Assembly: GCA_963674785.1 (NCBI GenBank) | Contig: OY771555.1 | Location: 352,001-416,000, forward strand | DNA length: 64,000 nucleotides | Source of the DNA: Caldisericia bacterium | GTDB taxonomy: Bacteria; Caldisericota; Caldisericia; JAAYUI01 | Direction of reading: 5' to 3' | Shown: one piece after another, positions 38,601-48,587 of the stretch | Layout: each line of letters opens with the position of its first letter | How positions within the stretch are numbered: position 1 is the first letter of the stretch | Made by a program: the position numbers and the translations under genes | The notes under the pieces: generated by a model | What the model saw: only the letters and a program-made list of their open reading frames with translations | Databases searched by the model: none | What the model was told of the DNA's origin: nothing

Positions 38601-40324
38601 GGTAGCGAAACAGTAAAGTCACCATACTGAGTTGAAATTACGATCTCATCATTTTCACAATCGATTGATTTTATGACACCCTGTTTTGTGACTTCAACTG
38701 GTTCCTCTGGGTCTTCTTCTGCTGGTGTATCAAATGCAGCTCTTGTTGCATCAATTCTGCCATCAGTTAGATAACCGACTACATGTGCAAGGTCACCAAC
38801 TTCAATATCTTCACAATTGGCCATAATTCCATCTTTTGTTGTGACCATTGGAAGCGAAACCGTGTAAGTTTCGCCATCATCTCCCTCAATCTCAACTTCA
38901 TTATTCGAACAATCAACGGATTTTACAACTCCTGTCATACTCACAAGTTGTGGATCTTCTGGGTCTTCTTCTGCTGGTGTATCAAAACTTGCTCCAGTTG
39001 CATCGATTCTTCCATCAACAAGATAACCGGTAACTATTGCAAGATCACCCACCTCAAGATCTTCGCAAGTTGCTGCTTCTCCATCTTTCGTGAAAGACTG
39101 AGGCAATGAGACTGTAAAATCACCATACTGAGTCGTTATCACAATCTCATCATTTTCACAGTTGATTGATTTTATGACACCCTGTTTTGTGACTTCAATT
39201 GGGTCTTCTGGGTCTTCTTCTGCTGGTGAATCAAATGCTGCTCTTGTGGCATCAATTCTATCATCAACAAGATAACCAGAGACGTTTACAAGGTCGCCAA
39301 CTTCAAGATCTTCACATGAGGCTATCTGTCCATCTTTTGTGTATGCCATTGGCAATGAGACTATATAGGTTCTTCCATCTGATGCTCTTATGACGATCTC
39401 ATCACTTGCGCAATTAATAGACAGGATAACGCCTGATTTACTAACAAGCACTGGCTCTGGATTTGGTTCAGGCTCCGGTTCTGGCTCTGGCTCGGGCTCG
39501 GGTTCTGGCTCGGGTTCCGGTTCAGGTTCAGGTTCTGTCCTTGTTGCTGACACAGCTGAAGCTTTCAAATTACCATCCTGCCTTGTTCCAGAGATTGAAA
39601 CACTATCTCCCGATTCCAGACTCTGACACGAGGCTGACTGACCATTCAATGTGATTCTCGCCCTCGAAGTGTCTACAGTGTATGTTCCATTTGATGTTGT
39701 CACAGAGATGTTTGGGCAACTTGTCCCAGCAATTGTCCCTGACATTGTGAAACTCTCAACTGGAGATGTTGCGGAAACAGAATTCGCATTGTAGTCATTG
39801 TCTTCCTTCTGTCCTGAAACGTAAACATTATCCCCAATTCTCAAGTCTGAGCAGGTAGAGGCAGCACCATTTCTTTTAATGGATGCTGATGAAACATTAA
39901 CAGTTATTCTTCCACTCGAAGAATTTACGGTAATAGTTGATGGGCAACCCAGTCCAGATATTGTCCCCCTAATACTAAATGGAGTTGGCTGCGGGTCAGG
40001 TGTTCCTCCCCCGCCTCCTCCGCCACCACTGGCTGAAAGTCTGCTGACTATAAGTGTTGTCTCTCCCTGTTTTTCACCTGTCACAAACACTCTCATACCT
40101 GCAGCAAGGTCTGAACAGGACCCCTGAGTCGCATTAACAATAAAGGATGTTTGGGCTGTGAACTGACAGTTGATATACCCAATAGAGCTTGCAACTGTCA
40201 TTGAGCCTGTGCCACCGCAGCTGACAGAGCTTATTGTTCCGCTTATGGATGTTGAAGCGGAAACTAGTGGTATTACAGATAGGAGCATCATTACTCCTAT
40301 TGCAATTGCGATCACCTTCTTCAT
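35648..40324 (-). CDS. Giant secreted protein with ~16 DUF5666-like (OB-fold-like) repeats and a C-terminal stalk domain
   Basis: Signal peptide; repeats 'GxIxSxxC...CxDLxVGDxVxVxG...A'; PE and G/P linkers; 'RTMVPIRFMSEMFGAEVQWD'. Confidence 0.85.
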   Translation of the reverse strand: MKKVIAIAIGVMMLLSVIPLVSASTSISGTISSVSCGGTGSMTVASSIGYINCQFTAQTSFIVNATQGSCSDLAAGMRVFVTGEKQGETTLIVSRLSASGGGGGGGGTPDPQPTPFSIRGTISGLGCPSTITVNSSSGRITVNVSSASIKRNGAASTCSDLRIGDNVYVSGQKEDNDYNANSVSATSPVESFTMSGTIAGTSCPNISVTTSNGTYTVDTSRARITLNGQSASCQSLESGDSVSISGTRQDGNLKASAVSATRTEPEPEPEPEPEPEPEPEPEPEPEPNPEPVLVSKSGVILSINCASDEIVIRASDGRTYIVSLPMAYTKDGQIASCEDLEVGDLVNVSGYLVDDRIDATRAAFDSPAEEDPEDPIEVTKQGVIKSINCENDEIVITTQYGDFTVSLPQSFTKDGEAATCEDLEVGDLAIVTGYLVDGRIDATGASFDTPAEEDPEDPQLVSMTGVVKSVDCSNNEVEIEGDDGETYTVSLPMVTTKDGIMANCEDIEVGDLAHVVGYLTDGRIDATRAAFDTPAEEDPEEPVEVTKQGVIKSIDCENDEIVISTQYGDFTVSLPESFTKDGEVVTCEDLEVGDLAIVTGYLDDGRIDATGAAFDTPAEEDPELVTISGIIKSKNCDENEITVKTEDAIITVSLPATFSKDGYLVTCDDLEVGDLVHATGYLVDDRLDAVDAAFDSSGDEENPEEKDMWSGTVVGIDCTERTLTIMTSSGKITFQLEDTQFVKDGIAIYCEDISLGDTVSVLGIEVPNEDIYIALIVEIDEDAEGDDDDECNGPFEKTGVIKAVSCGATSILTVIIGDEVYQFEITNAVLQYNGYPVTCSALRVGMVVIIKGNCDPETGDIVVYSVTLTGETEEIEEETDDDYVSGDLIVALCWQNKIIVEGSDGKQYLFIIDADTEIIVDGTVGSCYDLEPPMTITVLYEEDEYGNLIAVKIIAQTDNSSLPPGSGGTPPIAPPGSGGGGTPAPQPPSGGGDDGGDDGGSGSGSESQSGADYQSVLTVESVNVDSGIITAIDEYNAGTKMKITLNEETTHYYKQGEINPEKISEGYLIKVTGIMGDGNEVVATQIELLPVSSQPITVTGKIIEVDKSTGWVRLQKISEDIVLFSVADDEGYMLINIDPTTTFAYRDKKLTLENLRAGVIMELEGSIDPINNVLTTNNISLSARQAIQTLKKGVIKDVYCDKKLLWIETSNDDPEGKYILIKIDEKTTISLEGKDATCADLLSGASITVDGMLDPFDLFVNANDISATSEIDSDGKIEGELMDIDTSRQSIWLKVSDDDGTRFVMVKYTSSTSILAFGKEGTIADLSGAGELSVVGAFDVANEFIFNATTIESLGELKEDLTVVGNVVFVDCDNSILFIKTKDEVLRFQLTATTRIYQGDVIATCKDIELDASVALVYDQKGTKTIVTKVKLPDAKTVIKLIIGMGYISVNGENMLIDAPPYIKDGTTMVPLRVITEQFGASLDWNATDRRITLRRGDDIIICRVDRKDAVVNGKSTEMLQAPEITNDRTMVPIRFMSEMFGAEVQWDGETKTVTIIM
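38460..39450 (-). repeat. Intragenic tandem duplication with a ~501-bp period (two-domain unit)
   Basis: VTKQGVIKSIxCENDE domains are nearly identical in DNA near 38681 and 39182. Confidence 0.75.
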
Positions 40325-40449
40325 GTCTTCTCTCCTTATATAGGCTATTTGAGAGAAATACGACTACTACCTTCTATAGGTTCACTCTATTGAGCGAATT
40401 TTTTAAAAATGATTTACCAAAAAACAGAAAATTATTTCTGTTTTGATTT

Positions 40450-41460
40450 TCATGAGATAATCTCTGAAAATATCTCGTCAAGTTCAATTATTTCTTTATC
40501 TTCATTCAAAACTCTTTCCCGAAACTTTGGAATCCACTCCTTAAACTTGTCATATTCCTTTGTACCCTTTTGAGTGAAAAGCACGGTAAGGAGTTCCAAA
40601 TCCCTGGTTCTCAAAAACAGATTGAATGTTCCAATCCAGCTACTCTCAAACTTAGACTCAGAATTATAACCTTTTAAAAAATTAACAGCAAAGTCTTTGA
40701 TAAAATCTCTCTGATCACTTTCTTTGATGTCCTTCATAAGCCATCTGAGATAGTAAAAAATCACTGCAATATCATATGCAAACCAATAATACATCGAATC
40801 AAAAAAATCAATCACGGCGATTTTGTTATTATCATATATCAGGTTACCGGTATGAAGGTCAGTATGGATAAATCCATAATCTCTTGGGTTTGTATCAATC
40901 TTCAGAAGTTTTTCTCGAATTCGTGAATGCAAGCTTTTGAGTTCTTTTTCATCATCTGGAAGATGTGCTGAAAGGTTTGTTATTTGTTCATCCTCATGCC
41001 AATGCTGAAGCCTTGAACCGGGAAGTTTGGGTTCAAAACTTTTTGTGAGTGTGTGCATCCTGCCTGTGATTTTTCCATATTGTATGGTAAGAGACTCAGT
41101 TAATGCGGCATCTCTTAAAGGTTTTCCCTCTGCTTTTATGTGACCTGTGATATAAAACTCGCCTTCTTTTGCATCAATTGTTTCAATGAAGTTTCCGTTT
41201 ACAGATTTTTTAGGTTTAGTTACCGGTACACCATTTTTGTGAAGATAATCTATCCACTCGATCTGTCCAAGCAAAATCTCCTTTTTTCTAGAGCTGTTGT
41301 GTGTTGCTTTGATTATCAGATTTTCAGACCCATTTGAAGAGTCAAAAACAAAGCTTTCAAATGCACCATGCTCCTTTGTTTTGCTTAAATCTACATCAAA
41401 CAAAGTAAGAGATTTCTTATATATTTCGTCATTCCAATCATCGTATGCTATCTTTTTCAT
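40450..41460 (-). CDS. APH/choline-kinase-like phosphotransferase
   Basis: IHTDLHTGN catalytic loop, IDF and YDIA motifs. Confidence 0.85.
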   Translation of the reverse strand: MKKIAYDDWNDEIYKKSLTLFDVDLSKTKEHGAFESFVFDSSNGSENLIIKATHNSSRKKEILLGQIEWIDYLHKNGVPVTKPKKSVNGNFIETIDAKEGEFYITGHIKAEGKPLRDAALTESLTIQYGKITGRMHTLTKSFEPKLPGSRLQHWHEDEQITNLSAHLPDDEKELKSLHSRIREKLLKIDTNPRDYGFIHTDLHTGNLIYDNNKIAVIDFFDSMYYWFAYDIAVIFYYLRWLMKDIKESDQRDFIKDFAVNFLKGYNSESKFESSWIGTFNLFLRTRDLELLTVLFTQKGTKEYDKFKEWIPKFRERVLNEDKEIIELDEIFSEIIS

Positions 41461-41643
41461 TTTTTGACCCTCCTAATTTTCTTTGATATTAGACTCATTT
41501 TTTATACATACAATTAAGAACATAAATAATAAAATATAAATAAATTACGTTACAAAAGCATATCAAGGTCACACTATTATTGATTGCCAAACCAAAAATC
41601 GTGTATATGATGATCTTGAAATTCATCAGCTGGAGGATGGAAC

Positions 41644-43008
41644 ATGAGAATTGGTATTATTGGAGCAGGTTCTGCGGGATATGTCTGTGCGATCAGATGT
41701 GCTGATCTCGGTGCAACGGTCACTCTTTTTGAAGAGAACAAAATCGGTGGAACATGTCTAAATGTTGGATGTATCCCAACAAAAGCACTGATTGCCGGTG
41801 TTCACGCAAAAAGAATCGCAACAAGCTCAGAAATCCTTGGGCTTTCAGCCTCTGATGTCAAACTTGACCTCGAAGCACTTCAGGCTCATAAAAATAAAGT
41901 TGTTGACCTCAACACAAAGGGAATCGGATTTCTACTCAAGAAAAGACGTGTAATGGTCTATGATGGACATGCAGAAATCCTTTCACCAACAGAAATTGAC
42001 GTTGATGGTGACACTCTCGAGTATGATAAAATAATCATTGCAACAGGTTCAGTTCCAGCAAAGATTCCCGGAATTGATTTTGATGGAAAATTCATCATGA
42101 ATTCAGATCATGCGCTTTCACTCACCGAGATTCCAAAAACAATGCTCATTGTTGGTGGTGGGGTCATTGGACTTGAGTTTGCCCACATCTTCTCTTCATT
42201 TGGTTCCAAAGTGACAATTGTTGAGATGATGGACAGACTGCTTCCTCAGGATGATGATATCTGCTCCCGTGCTGCTTCAAAATTCGTATCCAAGCATGGA
42301 ATTGATGTCATACTAAACGCAAAGATCACAAAACTCTTCAGAGACGGAAATGATGTTGAAGCACACATTGAAAAAGGTGGAGAGACACTTGTCTCAAGAT
42401 TTGGTCGTTCTCTGATTGCAACCGGCAGAACCCCAAATCTTGATAAAAAATCTCTGATGAGAATTGGAGTTGATTTCGACAAAGGTGGAATCAAAACTGA
42501 CTCATACATGCAGACATCTGTTCCAAATGTTTACGCAATAGGTGACTGTACCGGCGGATACATGCTTGCTCACGTTGCGTATGGTCATGCAAAGGTTGCA
42601 GCAGGACATGCAACCGGTCAGAAATCCCATCCAATGAGATATGATAACATCCCACGTGTCACATTTGTTGACCCAGAGATTTCTGCCTGCGGATATACAG
42701 CAGCTCAGCTTGAAGAGCGTGGAATTGATGTTTCCTGGCACAAATTCATGTACATGGCATCAGGTCGTGCCAAAGCTGAGGGGATAAAAGAAGGACAACT
42801 CACAATCGGTGTTGATGCAGATGGTCGAATCAAGTCAGCTTACATCATCGGTGAGGGTTCAGGTGAGATGCTTGCATTCTTCAGCCAGGCTATCACAATG
42901 GAAACCACAATCGAAAACCTCGAACAGGTAATGGTTGCACATCCAACACTAGCCGAGATGGCTGTTGAGATAATCGAAGTCGCAACAGGATTCCCAATTC
43001 ATACATAG
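41644..43008 (+). CDS. lpdA: Dihydrolipoamide dehydrogenase
   Basis: GAGSAG, GGTCLNVGCIPTK, GGGVIGLE and HPTLAE motifs. Confidence 0.93.
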   Translation: MRIGIIGAGSAGYVCAIRCADLGATVTLFEENKIGGTCLNVGCIPTKALIAGVHAKRIATSSEILGLSASDVKLDLEALQAHKNKVVDLNTKGIGFLLKKRRVMVYDGHAEILSPTEIDVDGDTLEYDKIIIATGSVPAKIPGIDFDGKFIMNSDHALSLTEIPKTMLIVGGGVIGLEFAHIFSSFGSKVTIVEMMDRLLPQDDDICSRAASKFVSKHGIDVILNAKITKLFRDGNDVEAHIEKGGETLVSRFGRSLIATGRTPNLDKKSLMRIGVDFDKGGIKTDSYMQTSVPNVYAIGDCTGGYMLAHVAYGHAKVAAGHATGQKSHPMRYDNIPRVTFVDPEISACGYTAAQLEERGIDVSWHKFMYMASGRAKAEGIKEGQLTIGVDADGRIKSAYIIGEGSGEMLAFFSQAITMETTIENLEQVMVAHPTLAEMAVEIIEVATGFPIHT

Positions 43009-43084
43009 ACTTTAACAAAAACTAATTCTGATTTTTAAACTGCAATCGATCCTGCACGTATAATAACGAAAATAGGAGGTGCAC

Positions 43085-43138
43085 ATGAGGTTATTGAAGG
43101 GAAAGATTGCAGTTTTTGTTATTTATCCCATCTCCTGA
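43085..43138 (+). pseudogene. Truncated signal-peptide ORF (MRLLKGKIAVFVIYPIS*)
   Basis: TATAAT and AGGAGGT upstream, but a stop after 17 codons. Confidence 0.45.
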
Positions 43139-43253
43139 AGTTTTTCTTTAAACCAAACAAATATTCAAAACTAATAATCTTTAAATTTGATTTATAAAGA
43201 AACACAGATTATTATATAAATAGAATCGATGTGCTAAAACTTCGGGGGTAAAA

Positions 43254-45908
43254 ATGAAGAAGAAAATAACTTCTGTTGTGGTAATAATAATCATGATCGC
43301 TTGTCTATTCAATTTTTCAGGTAATGCCAAGTCTGCGGTACCAAAACTAAATCCGCTCTGGCAAACAGAGGAACTCGAGCATCTTGAGGTATTAAAGATT
43401 GTTGGTGATGAGGTTTATGTAAGACATAAAACTCCAGACTCTCCAGAGGTTGAAGCACCAAATGGTTACAGCAACGACATAAACGTCTTGGATTTAAAGA
43501 CTGGAGAGTTCAAATGGGAAACGCCAGTTACCAGCGTTTCAATGTTTCCAAATCTGGCAAGCAACTATCTACAATTTTATGATGACTACATCATTACATG
43601 GCTCAGAAAAGAAGCAGCATCCGATGAAAACCCAAGACATCCAATATATCTGACCTGCCTTGAAGAAAGCACAGGGAAAATAGTATGGGAAAGAGAATAC
43701 GACTATCCAAGAACAGATTACAATTGGGCTTACCACATGTATCCAATGATAGATGAATCTTATTTAACACTGTATGATTCAGATCTGAATATCTATTCTC
43801 TAGTAGAAAAACACATTGTTGATAAGATCGACAAGGAAACTGGTGAACTGATCGATCAAAAAATAAAAGAAATAAAGATTAGTTATGAATCACCTGCAAC
43901 GGATATCTCATACTATATACCATCAACCCGAATATGGAGCTGCGATGATAGGAATTATTTATTATGTACGGGCAACATTCTTATATGTGAAACAGAAGGG
44001 ATTAACCCAATATGGAAAAGAGGGATTTTTCTTGGTTTTTACGGGTATTGGTGGTGGGGCAATTATGATCGGATGGAGCATTGCTTTAGTAAAAGCTACT
44101 CAATTCACTCAGCAGATTATTACAAAGAAAATTTTAAACTGGAACATGAAATAACTTCAAAAACAACAGTATTTGATATTGAAAACGGGGACAGATTGAA
44201 GGAGATACCAGGAGCTAACCCTTATGTGAGGGATAACAATTTGTATCTGATGGAACATACAGATTCAAAGGATGTTATCTCACTTGTATCTATTTCACTG
44301 GACACCTTTGAAGAAAACTGGAGAAAAGAAGAAAAGATAAAAGGCTTTGAGTATATCGAAAAAGAATGGTGGAATTTTTGCCATTTATGTAACAAATTCA
44401 CCTACTATGGCAACAGGATGTATGTTCAGGATACATACAAGACATCGCCAAAATCAACAATACATGTTTTTGATTTGGAAAACGGTGAAGAGGTTGAATC
44501 ATTCGAAATTGATGGGGTTGCTAATCAGTTATTCATCAAAGACTGCAAACTCCTTACAATGAATTGGGACAAGGGTGTTTTATCATGTTTTGAGTTGCCA
44601 AACTGTGAACCAGTAGATGATACACCGATATATCCTGAGTGTATAACAGAAGAACCCGAACCCACTCCCGAACCTACCCCAGAACCTGTTCCTGAACCAG
44701 AACCCGAACCAGAACCTGCGCCTGTTCCAGAACCCGAGCCAATCCCAGAGCCTCTACCGGAACCTGTACCGGAACCTGAACCCGAACCAGAACCCACCCC
44801 GGAACCTGAGCCAGCACCGGAACCTGTTATCTCTGATCCAATAACACTTGAATTCCAGATAGACAGAGAATCATACATCATTGATGGTAGCGAAAGAATT
44901 ATCGATGCTGCACCAGTCATTATGAATGGAAGAACCCTACTCCCGGCAAGATATGTAACTGAACCCTTGGGTGGTGATGTAACATGGAATGCTACCGATA
45001 AAGCTGTTGTTTGTTCACTTGGTGAAACAATCGTCGAATTCTGGATCGGAAAACCAATTGCCAAAATAAATGGTGAAGAAACCCAAATCGACCCGGATAA
45101 TCCAGATGTTGTACCAACAATCATAAACGACAGAACAATGGTACCAATGAGATTCCTGGCAGAGAGTCTTGGTTGTGGGGTTGAGTGGGTAGCAGAGACG
45201 AAGGAGATAATTTTAACGTACCAAAATAGTAATATTGAAACCCAATTACTGGATATAATTACAAAAATCGAAAATGAGGCTCAGAATGAAAATGCGTCTG
45301 ATGAAAGCCCGGTTTTCAAATGCATAGAAATGACAGATATCAACTGGGTAAATTATATTTTCAAATCAGCTGATCAGGTTCAGTTGATGGGATATTCTAT
45401 GGGTACAGGGAAAAATACAAAAATAAAATGGTTTTTTCCTCAAGATGAAAACACAAATGAACCTGATTCGAGAGTTGGTACAAAGGTTGGAATAAACACA
45501 AAAGGTGCGGATTTCTTTGATGCATGGAATCAACCTGGAAGGGTTTTCTTTAACATAAATAATACAGAAATAGATATTGTATTGAGACTCAGATTTGGTG
45601 CTGATCAAACAGAATTAAAAATAGCGATGGATGATAGTTCACATAGCACAAATATTGATACTTTTATTCACAAAGATGTATACGAAAATGAATTCGCAAC
45701 AAATCAGTTTGGAAAAGATCAAACCTGGGTATCATACTGGGTCAATAAAGAAGGAGAATTCAGTGGCAGGGGAACATTGGACTGGGATGATCCGGGGATG
45801 AAGGAGTATCTTGGAAAATCAGATTGTCCAGACCATGTAAAAAAAGCACTAACAAAAGCATGGCATATGGGTTACTATGGCCATCTGGATTTCTATGAAG
45901 AACCATGA
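43254..45908 (+). CDS. Secreted propeller + PE linker + stalk domain fused to a copy of the downstream lipoprotein domain
   Basis: Signal peptide; PQQ-like blades; (PE)n linker; stalk domain; the last ~225 aa align with 45923..46678. Confidence 0.85.
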   Translation: MKKKITSVVVIIIMIACLFNFSGNAKSAVPKLNPLWQTEELEHLEVLKIVGDEVYVRHKTPDSPEVEAPNGYSNDINVLDLKTGEFKWETPVTSVSMFPNLASNYLQFYDDYIITWLRKEAASDENPRHPIYLTCLEESTGKIVWEREYDYPRTDYNWAYHMYPMIDESYLTLYDSDLNIYSLVEKHIVDKIDKETGELIDQKIKEIKISYESPATDISYYIPSTRIWSCDDRNYLLCTGNILICETEGINPIWKRGIFLGFYGYWWWGNYDRMEHCFSKSYSIHSADYYKENFKLEHEITSKTTVFDIENGDRLKEIPGANPYVRDNNLYLMEHTDSKDVISLVSISLDTFEENWRKEEKIKGFEYIEKEWWNFCHLCNKFTYYGNRMYVQDTYKTSPKSTIHVFDLENGEEVESFEIDGVANQLFIKDCKLLTMNWDKGVLSCFELPNCEPVDDTPIYPECITEEPEPTPEPTPEPVPEPEPEPEPAPVPEPEPIPEPLPEPVPEPEPEPEPTPEPEPAPEPVISDPITLEFQIDRESYIIDGSERIIDAAPVIMNGRTLLPARYVTEPLGGDVTWNATDKAVVCSLGETIVEFWIGKPIAKINGEETQIDPDNPDVVPTIINDRTMVPMRFLAESLGCGVEWVAETKEIILTYQNSNIETQLLDIITKIENEAQNENASDESPVFKCIEMTDINWVNYIFKSADQVQLMGYSMGTGKNTKIKWFFPQDENTNEPDSRVGTKVGINTKGADFFDAWNQPGRVFFNINNTEIDIVLRLRFGADQTELKIAMDDSSHSTNIDTFIHKDVYENEFATNQFGKDQTWVSYWVNKEGEFSGRGTLDWDDPGMKEYLGKSDCPDHVKKALTKAWHMGYYGHLDFYEEP
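44726..44917 (+). repeat. 192-bp direct repeat, copy 1 (PE linker and stalk start)
   Basis: Matches 52004..52195 with 3 mismatches by eye. Confidence 0.85.
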
Positions 45909-45922
45909 TAAAGGGGGAAGAA

Positions 45923-46678
45923 TTGAATATAAACAAGCCGAGATTATTTCTAATTGTACTTTTAGTTGGATTGGTAGTTTTTACTTCGTGTGGAGGTAAT
46001 GCACCCGAGAATAAACCCGATGAAGATATATCACTAAATGTCAGCATAGAAACTCAACTGCTAAACACAATTTCGAAGCTCGAAAATGAAACGGCAGAAC
46101 CGATTGAAATGGATGATATTAATTGGATCAAGTACGTTTCAACATCAACTGGGCAAGTTCATCTAATGGGTTATTCGATAGGCTCAGGTGATAAAACAAA
46201 AGTTAGTTGGTTTTTTCCACCAAACGTAGACACAAATGAATCTGACTCAAAGACTTGTATTGGCGAAAAGGTTGGTGCCGAAACAAAGGGACAAGATTTT
46301 TACGATGCCTGGAGTCATCTCGGAGGAATCCCCTATATTATAAACAATACTGGAACAGACCTTGTTCAAAGACTTCGGTTTGGTGCAGATGATACAGAAA
46401 TCAAAATGAGTATCTTTGAAAGTGATGATTCAATGGGAGCACTAAAAAGCAAAGATGTAGCCGATGGATTTAGCATTGATCAATTTGGGACTGAAGGTAC
46501 ATGGGCCGTATTCGACTCAGATGGTAACTACAAGTGGAGCGGGACTCTTGATTGGAGTGACCCAATTTGGGATGAATATTTTCAAGATGAAGATGGTACG
46601 CCATGGAGCTTGGAGAAAATTAACTCTTTGCAGGAGTGTTATACAGAATGCTGGAGAAAAGGATATTTTGGTGAATAA
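45923..46678 (+). CDS. Hypothetical lipoprotein
   Basis: Lipobox FTSC; GGGGG SD before TTG 45923 (ATG 45905 is an alternative). Confidence 0.75.
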   Translation: MNINKPRLFLIVLLVGLVVFTSCGGNAPENKPDEDISLNVSIETQLLNTISKLENETAEPIEMDDINWIKYVSTSTGQVHLMGYSIGSGDKTKVSWFFPPNVDTNESDSKTCIGEKVGAETKGQDFYDAWSHLGGIPYIINNTGTDLVQRLRFGADDTEIKMSIFESDDSMGALKSKDVADGFSIDQFGTEGTWAVFDSDGNYKWSGTLDWSDPIWDEYFQDEDGTPWSLEKINSLQECYTECWRKGYFGE

Positions 46679-48315
46679 TGAAAAATAGTTTTGTGTTTAA
46701 AATAATATCTATTGTTCTGTGTTTTCTATTGTTTAATAGTCCTAATGCCTATGCTACCTGCGACTGGACAAACCATGATTCTGACGTTGGGAACACCAGA
46801 TTTGTAGAGTCAAGCTGTTCACCTGGAACAAGACTAAACAATTCATGGGTGTTTTGTGATGTGAGAAATGGCAATGAGGAAACAGGTGTCCTTGTTTCAG
46901 GGGATACTGTTTTTATCAAAACCAAAGACCACAAAATCAAAAAGCTTGATATTGCAACAGGCAAAGAAACAATATGGCTTGAAAGCTTTAAATATGATGC
47001 GATGTGTGGGATTTCAAACAACAGGATTGTTGTTCATCTGGAGTCAAAAGGCAATTATTACATACAATGTATCGACACTACCACAAAGAAAGTCTATTGG
47101 GAAAAGCCATCTTGTTCGATAATTGAGAATTGCCTGATGAGTGATAAATACTTCCTTCATCACTACATCTGTAGGGATGATTCGGGAAGCGAACTGGGCT
47201 CAAGCCTTGAGTGTATCGATGTCAAAACTGGAAAAGTGTATTGGAAATTAAGATCTGACAGCATAAATCAGATGGCAGTGGAAGGCAGCTACCTTGTTCA
47301 TGAGGTTAATGATGAGCTTCAATGTGTAGATGTCAAATCAGGATATCCAAAATGGACAAAAGAAAAACCTGAATCCTGCTGTAATTCAAGAGTTTTGATA
47401 AAAGGAAATCTGGTGTATTCAGTAAGAAGAATATCAGATTTTGAAAATCCTGAGAGTGAATACACTTACCTAAATGTGTATGACCTTAAATCTGGTAAAA
47501 ATAAATGGTTCAAGAAATTTAATCCAAGTCCTGATGATTGCTGCTTTTCAACAATTGAGGGTGCTGTAAATGATGAATATTTCTTTTTATCAAATGTGAA
47601 TAAAATCTACTGTTTTGATAGGTATACGGGAAAACTTGAGTGGGAATACAAACACAGCACAAATATTTACCAACCTGCAGTGACTGAAAAACATCTTTAT
47701 TTCCTGAATGCTTATTGTACACCAATTTGCATTGATTTATCTAGTGAAAAGATTGTGTCTGAGGGTAAACTGATTCGATATGATAGGAGTAATCAGATAA
47801 TCATTGATAGAGACAGGGTAGGAACCTCAGAATACAGAGCTTGGCTTTCTAGAATTCACATTGCAGAAAAAAGACTGATTGTAAATATTGATTTTGATGA
47901 CCTAGTCTACTGCTTTGGTGGTGCAACAATCATCAGATATGTTGTTGACGAAAAGGGTTATCGGTTGAATGATGATCCAATAAATACCGACATCGCACCA
48001 CTAATCTCTGAAAACAGAACATACCTATCAGCCAGATATGTCACAGAGCCACTCGGTGGAGAGGTATTCTGGGATGCTGCTGAAAGAAAGGTTACCTGCA
48101 AACAAGCTGACAAAGTTATTGAGCTTTGGATAGATAACCCTGTTGCAAAGGTTGATGGAAAAAGCATCCAAATCGACAAGGACAACACAAAGGTTACACC
48201 CATCATCGTAGACGACAGAACTATGGTGCCAATGAGATTCCTTGCAGAAACCTTTGGGTGTGATGTTGAGTGGGTAGCCGAAACTAAGGAGATTATATTG
48301 ACATATTCCCCATAA
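46678..48315 (+). CDS. Secreted Cys-rich PQQ-like propeller + stalk domain protein
   Basis: Signal peptide; 'CIDVKTGKVYW' blades; '[15 protein letters not shown]'. Confidence 0.85.
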   Translation: MKNSFVFKIISIVLCFLLFNSPNAYATCDWTNHDSDVGNTRFVESSCSPGTRLNNSWVFCDVRNGNEETGVLVSGDTVFIKTKDHKIKKLDIATGKETIWLESFKYDAMCGISNNRIVVHLESKGNYYIQCIDTTTKKVYWEKPSCSIIENCLMSDKYFLHHYICRDDSGSELGSSLECIDVKTGKVYWKLRSDSINQMAVEGSYLVHEVNDELQCVDVKSGYPKWTKEKPESCCNSRVLIKGNLVYSVRRISDFENPESEYTYLNVYDLKSGKNKWFKKFNPSPDDCCFSTIEGAVNDEYFFLSNVNKIYCFDRYTGKLEWEYKHSTNIYQPAVTEKHLYFLNAYCTPICIDLSSEKIVSEGKLIRYDRSNQIIIDRDRVGTSEYRAWLSRIHIAEKRLIVNIDFDDLVYCFGGATIIRYVVDEKGYRLNDDPINTDIAPLISENRTYLSARYVTEPLGGEVFWDAAERKVTCKQADKVIELWIDNPVAKVDGKSIQIDKDNTKVTPIIVDDRTMVPMRFLAETFGCDVEWVAETKEIILTYSP

Positions 48316-48357
48316 AAAGAGAAGTCAACAGATAGAAAAAAGGAGTTTATAGAGATT

Positions 48358-48501
48358 ATGGATTTTATGCAACGCTTGATTTATGTTTTTTTTGCTGCAG
48401 ATTTTTTGGTCATCATCATATTTTTGATATATATGGCAAATGACCTTAAAAAGATAAAAGCAGAAATAAAAAAGATCAAAGAAAAACTGACAGGTGAATG
48501 A
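48358..48501 (+). CDS. Small (47 aa) single-TM + coiled-coil protein
   Basis: Translated by hand: MDFMQRLIYVFFAADFLVIIIFLIYMANDLKKIKAEIKKIKEKLTGE; AGGAG upstream. Confidence 0.55.
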   Translation: MDFMQRLIYVFFAADFLVIIIFLIYMANDLKKIKAEIKKIKEKLTGE

Positions 48502-48587
48502 ACATCTGAGATCAATATCTCAAACTATTCCAATTAATCGGAAACTCTGCTAAAGTAAATCAAAGAAATAGGCAAGGAGCGTGACCC

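Noticed and set aside
44660-44830. Regular short repeats resembling a CRISPR array (also 39453..39535 and 51969..52110)
   Set aside because: In-frame Pro-Glu linker codons with no unique spacers and no cas genes
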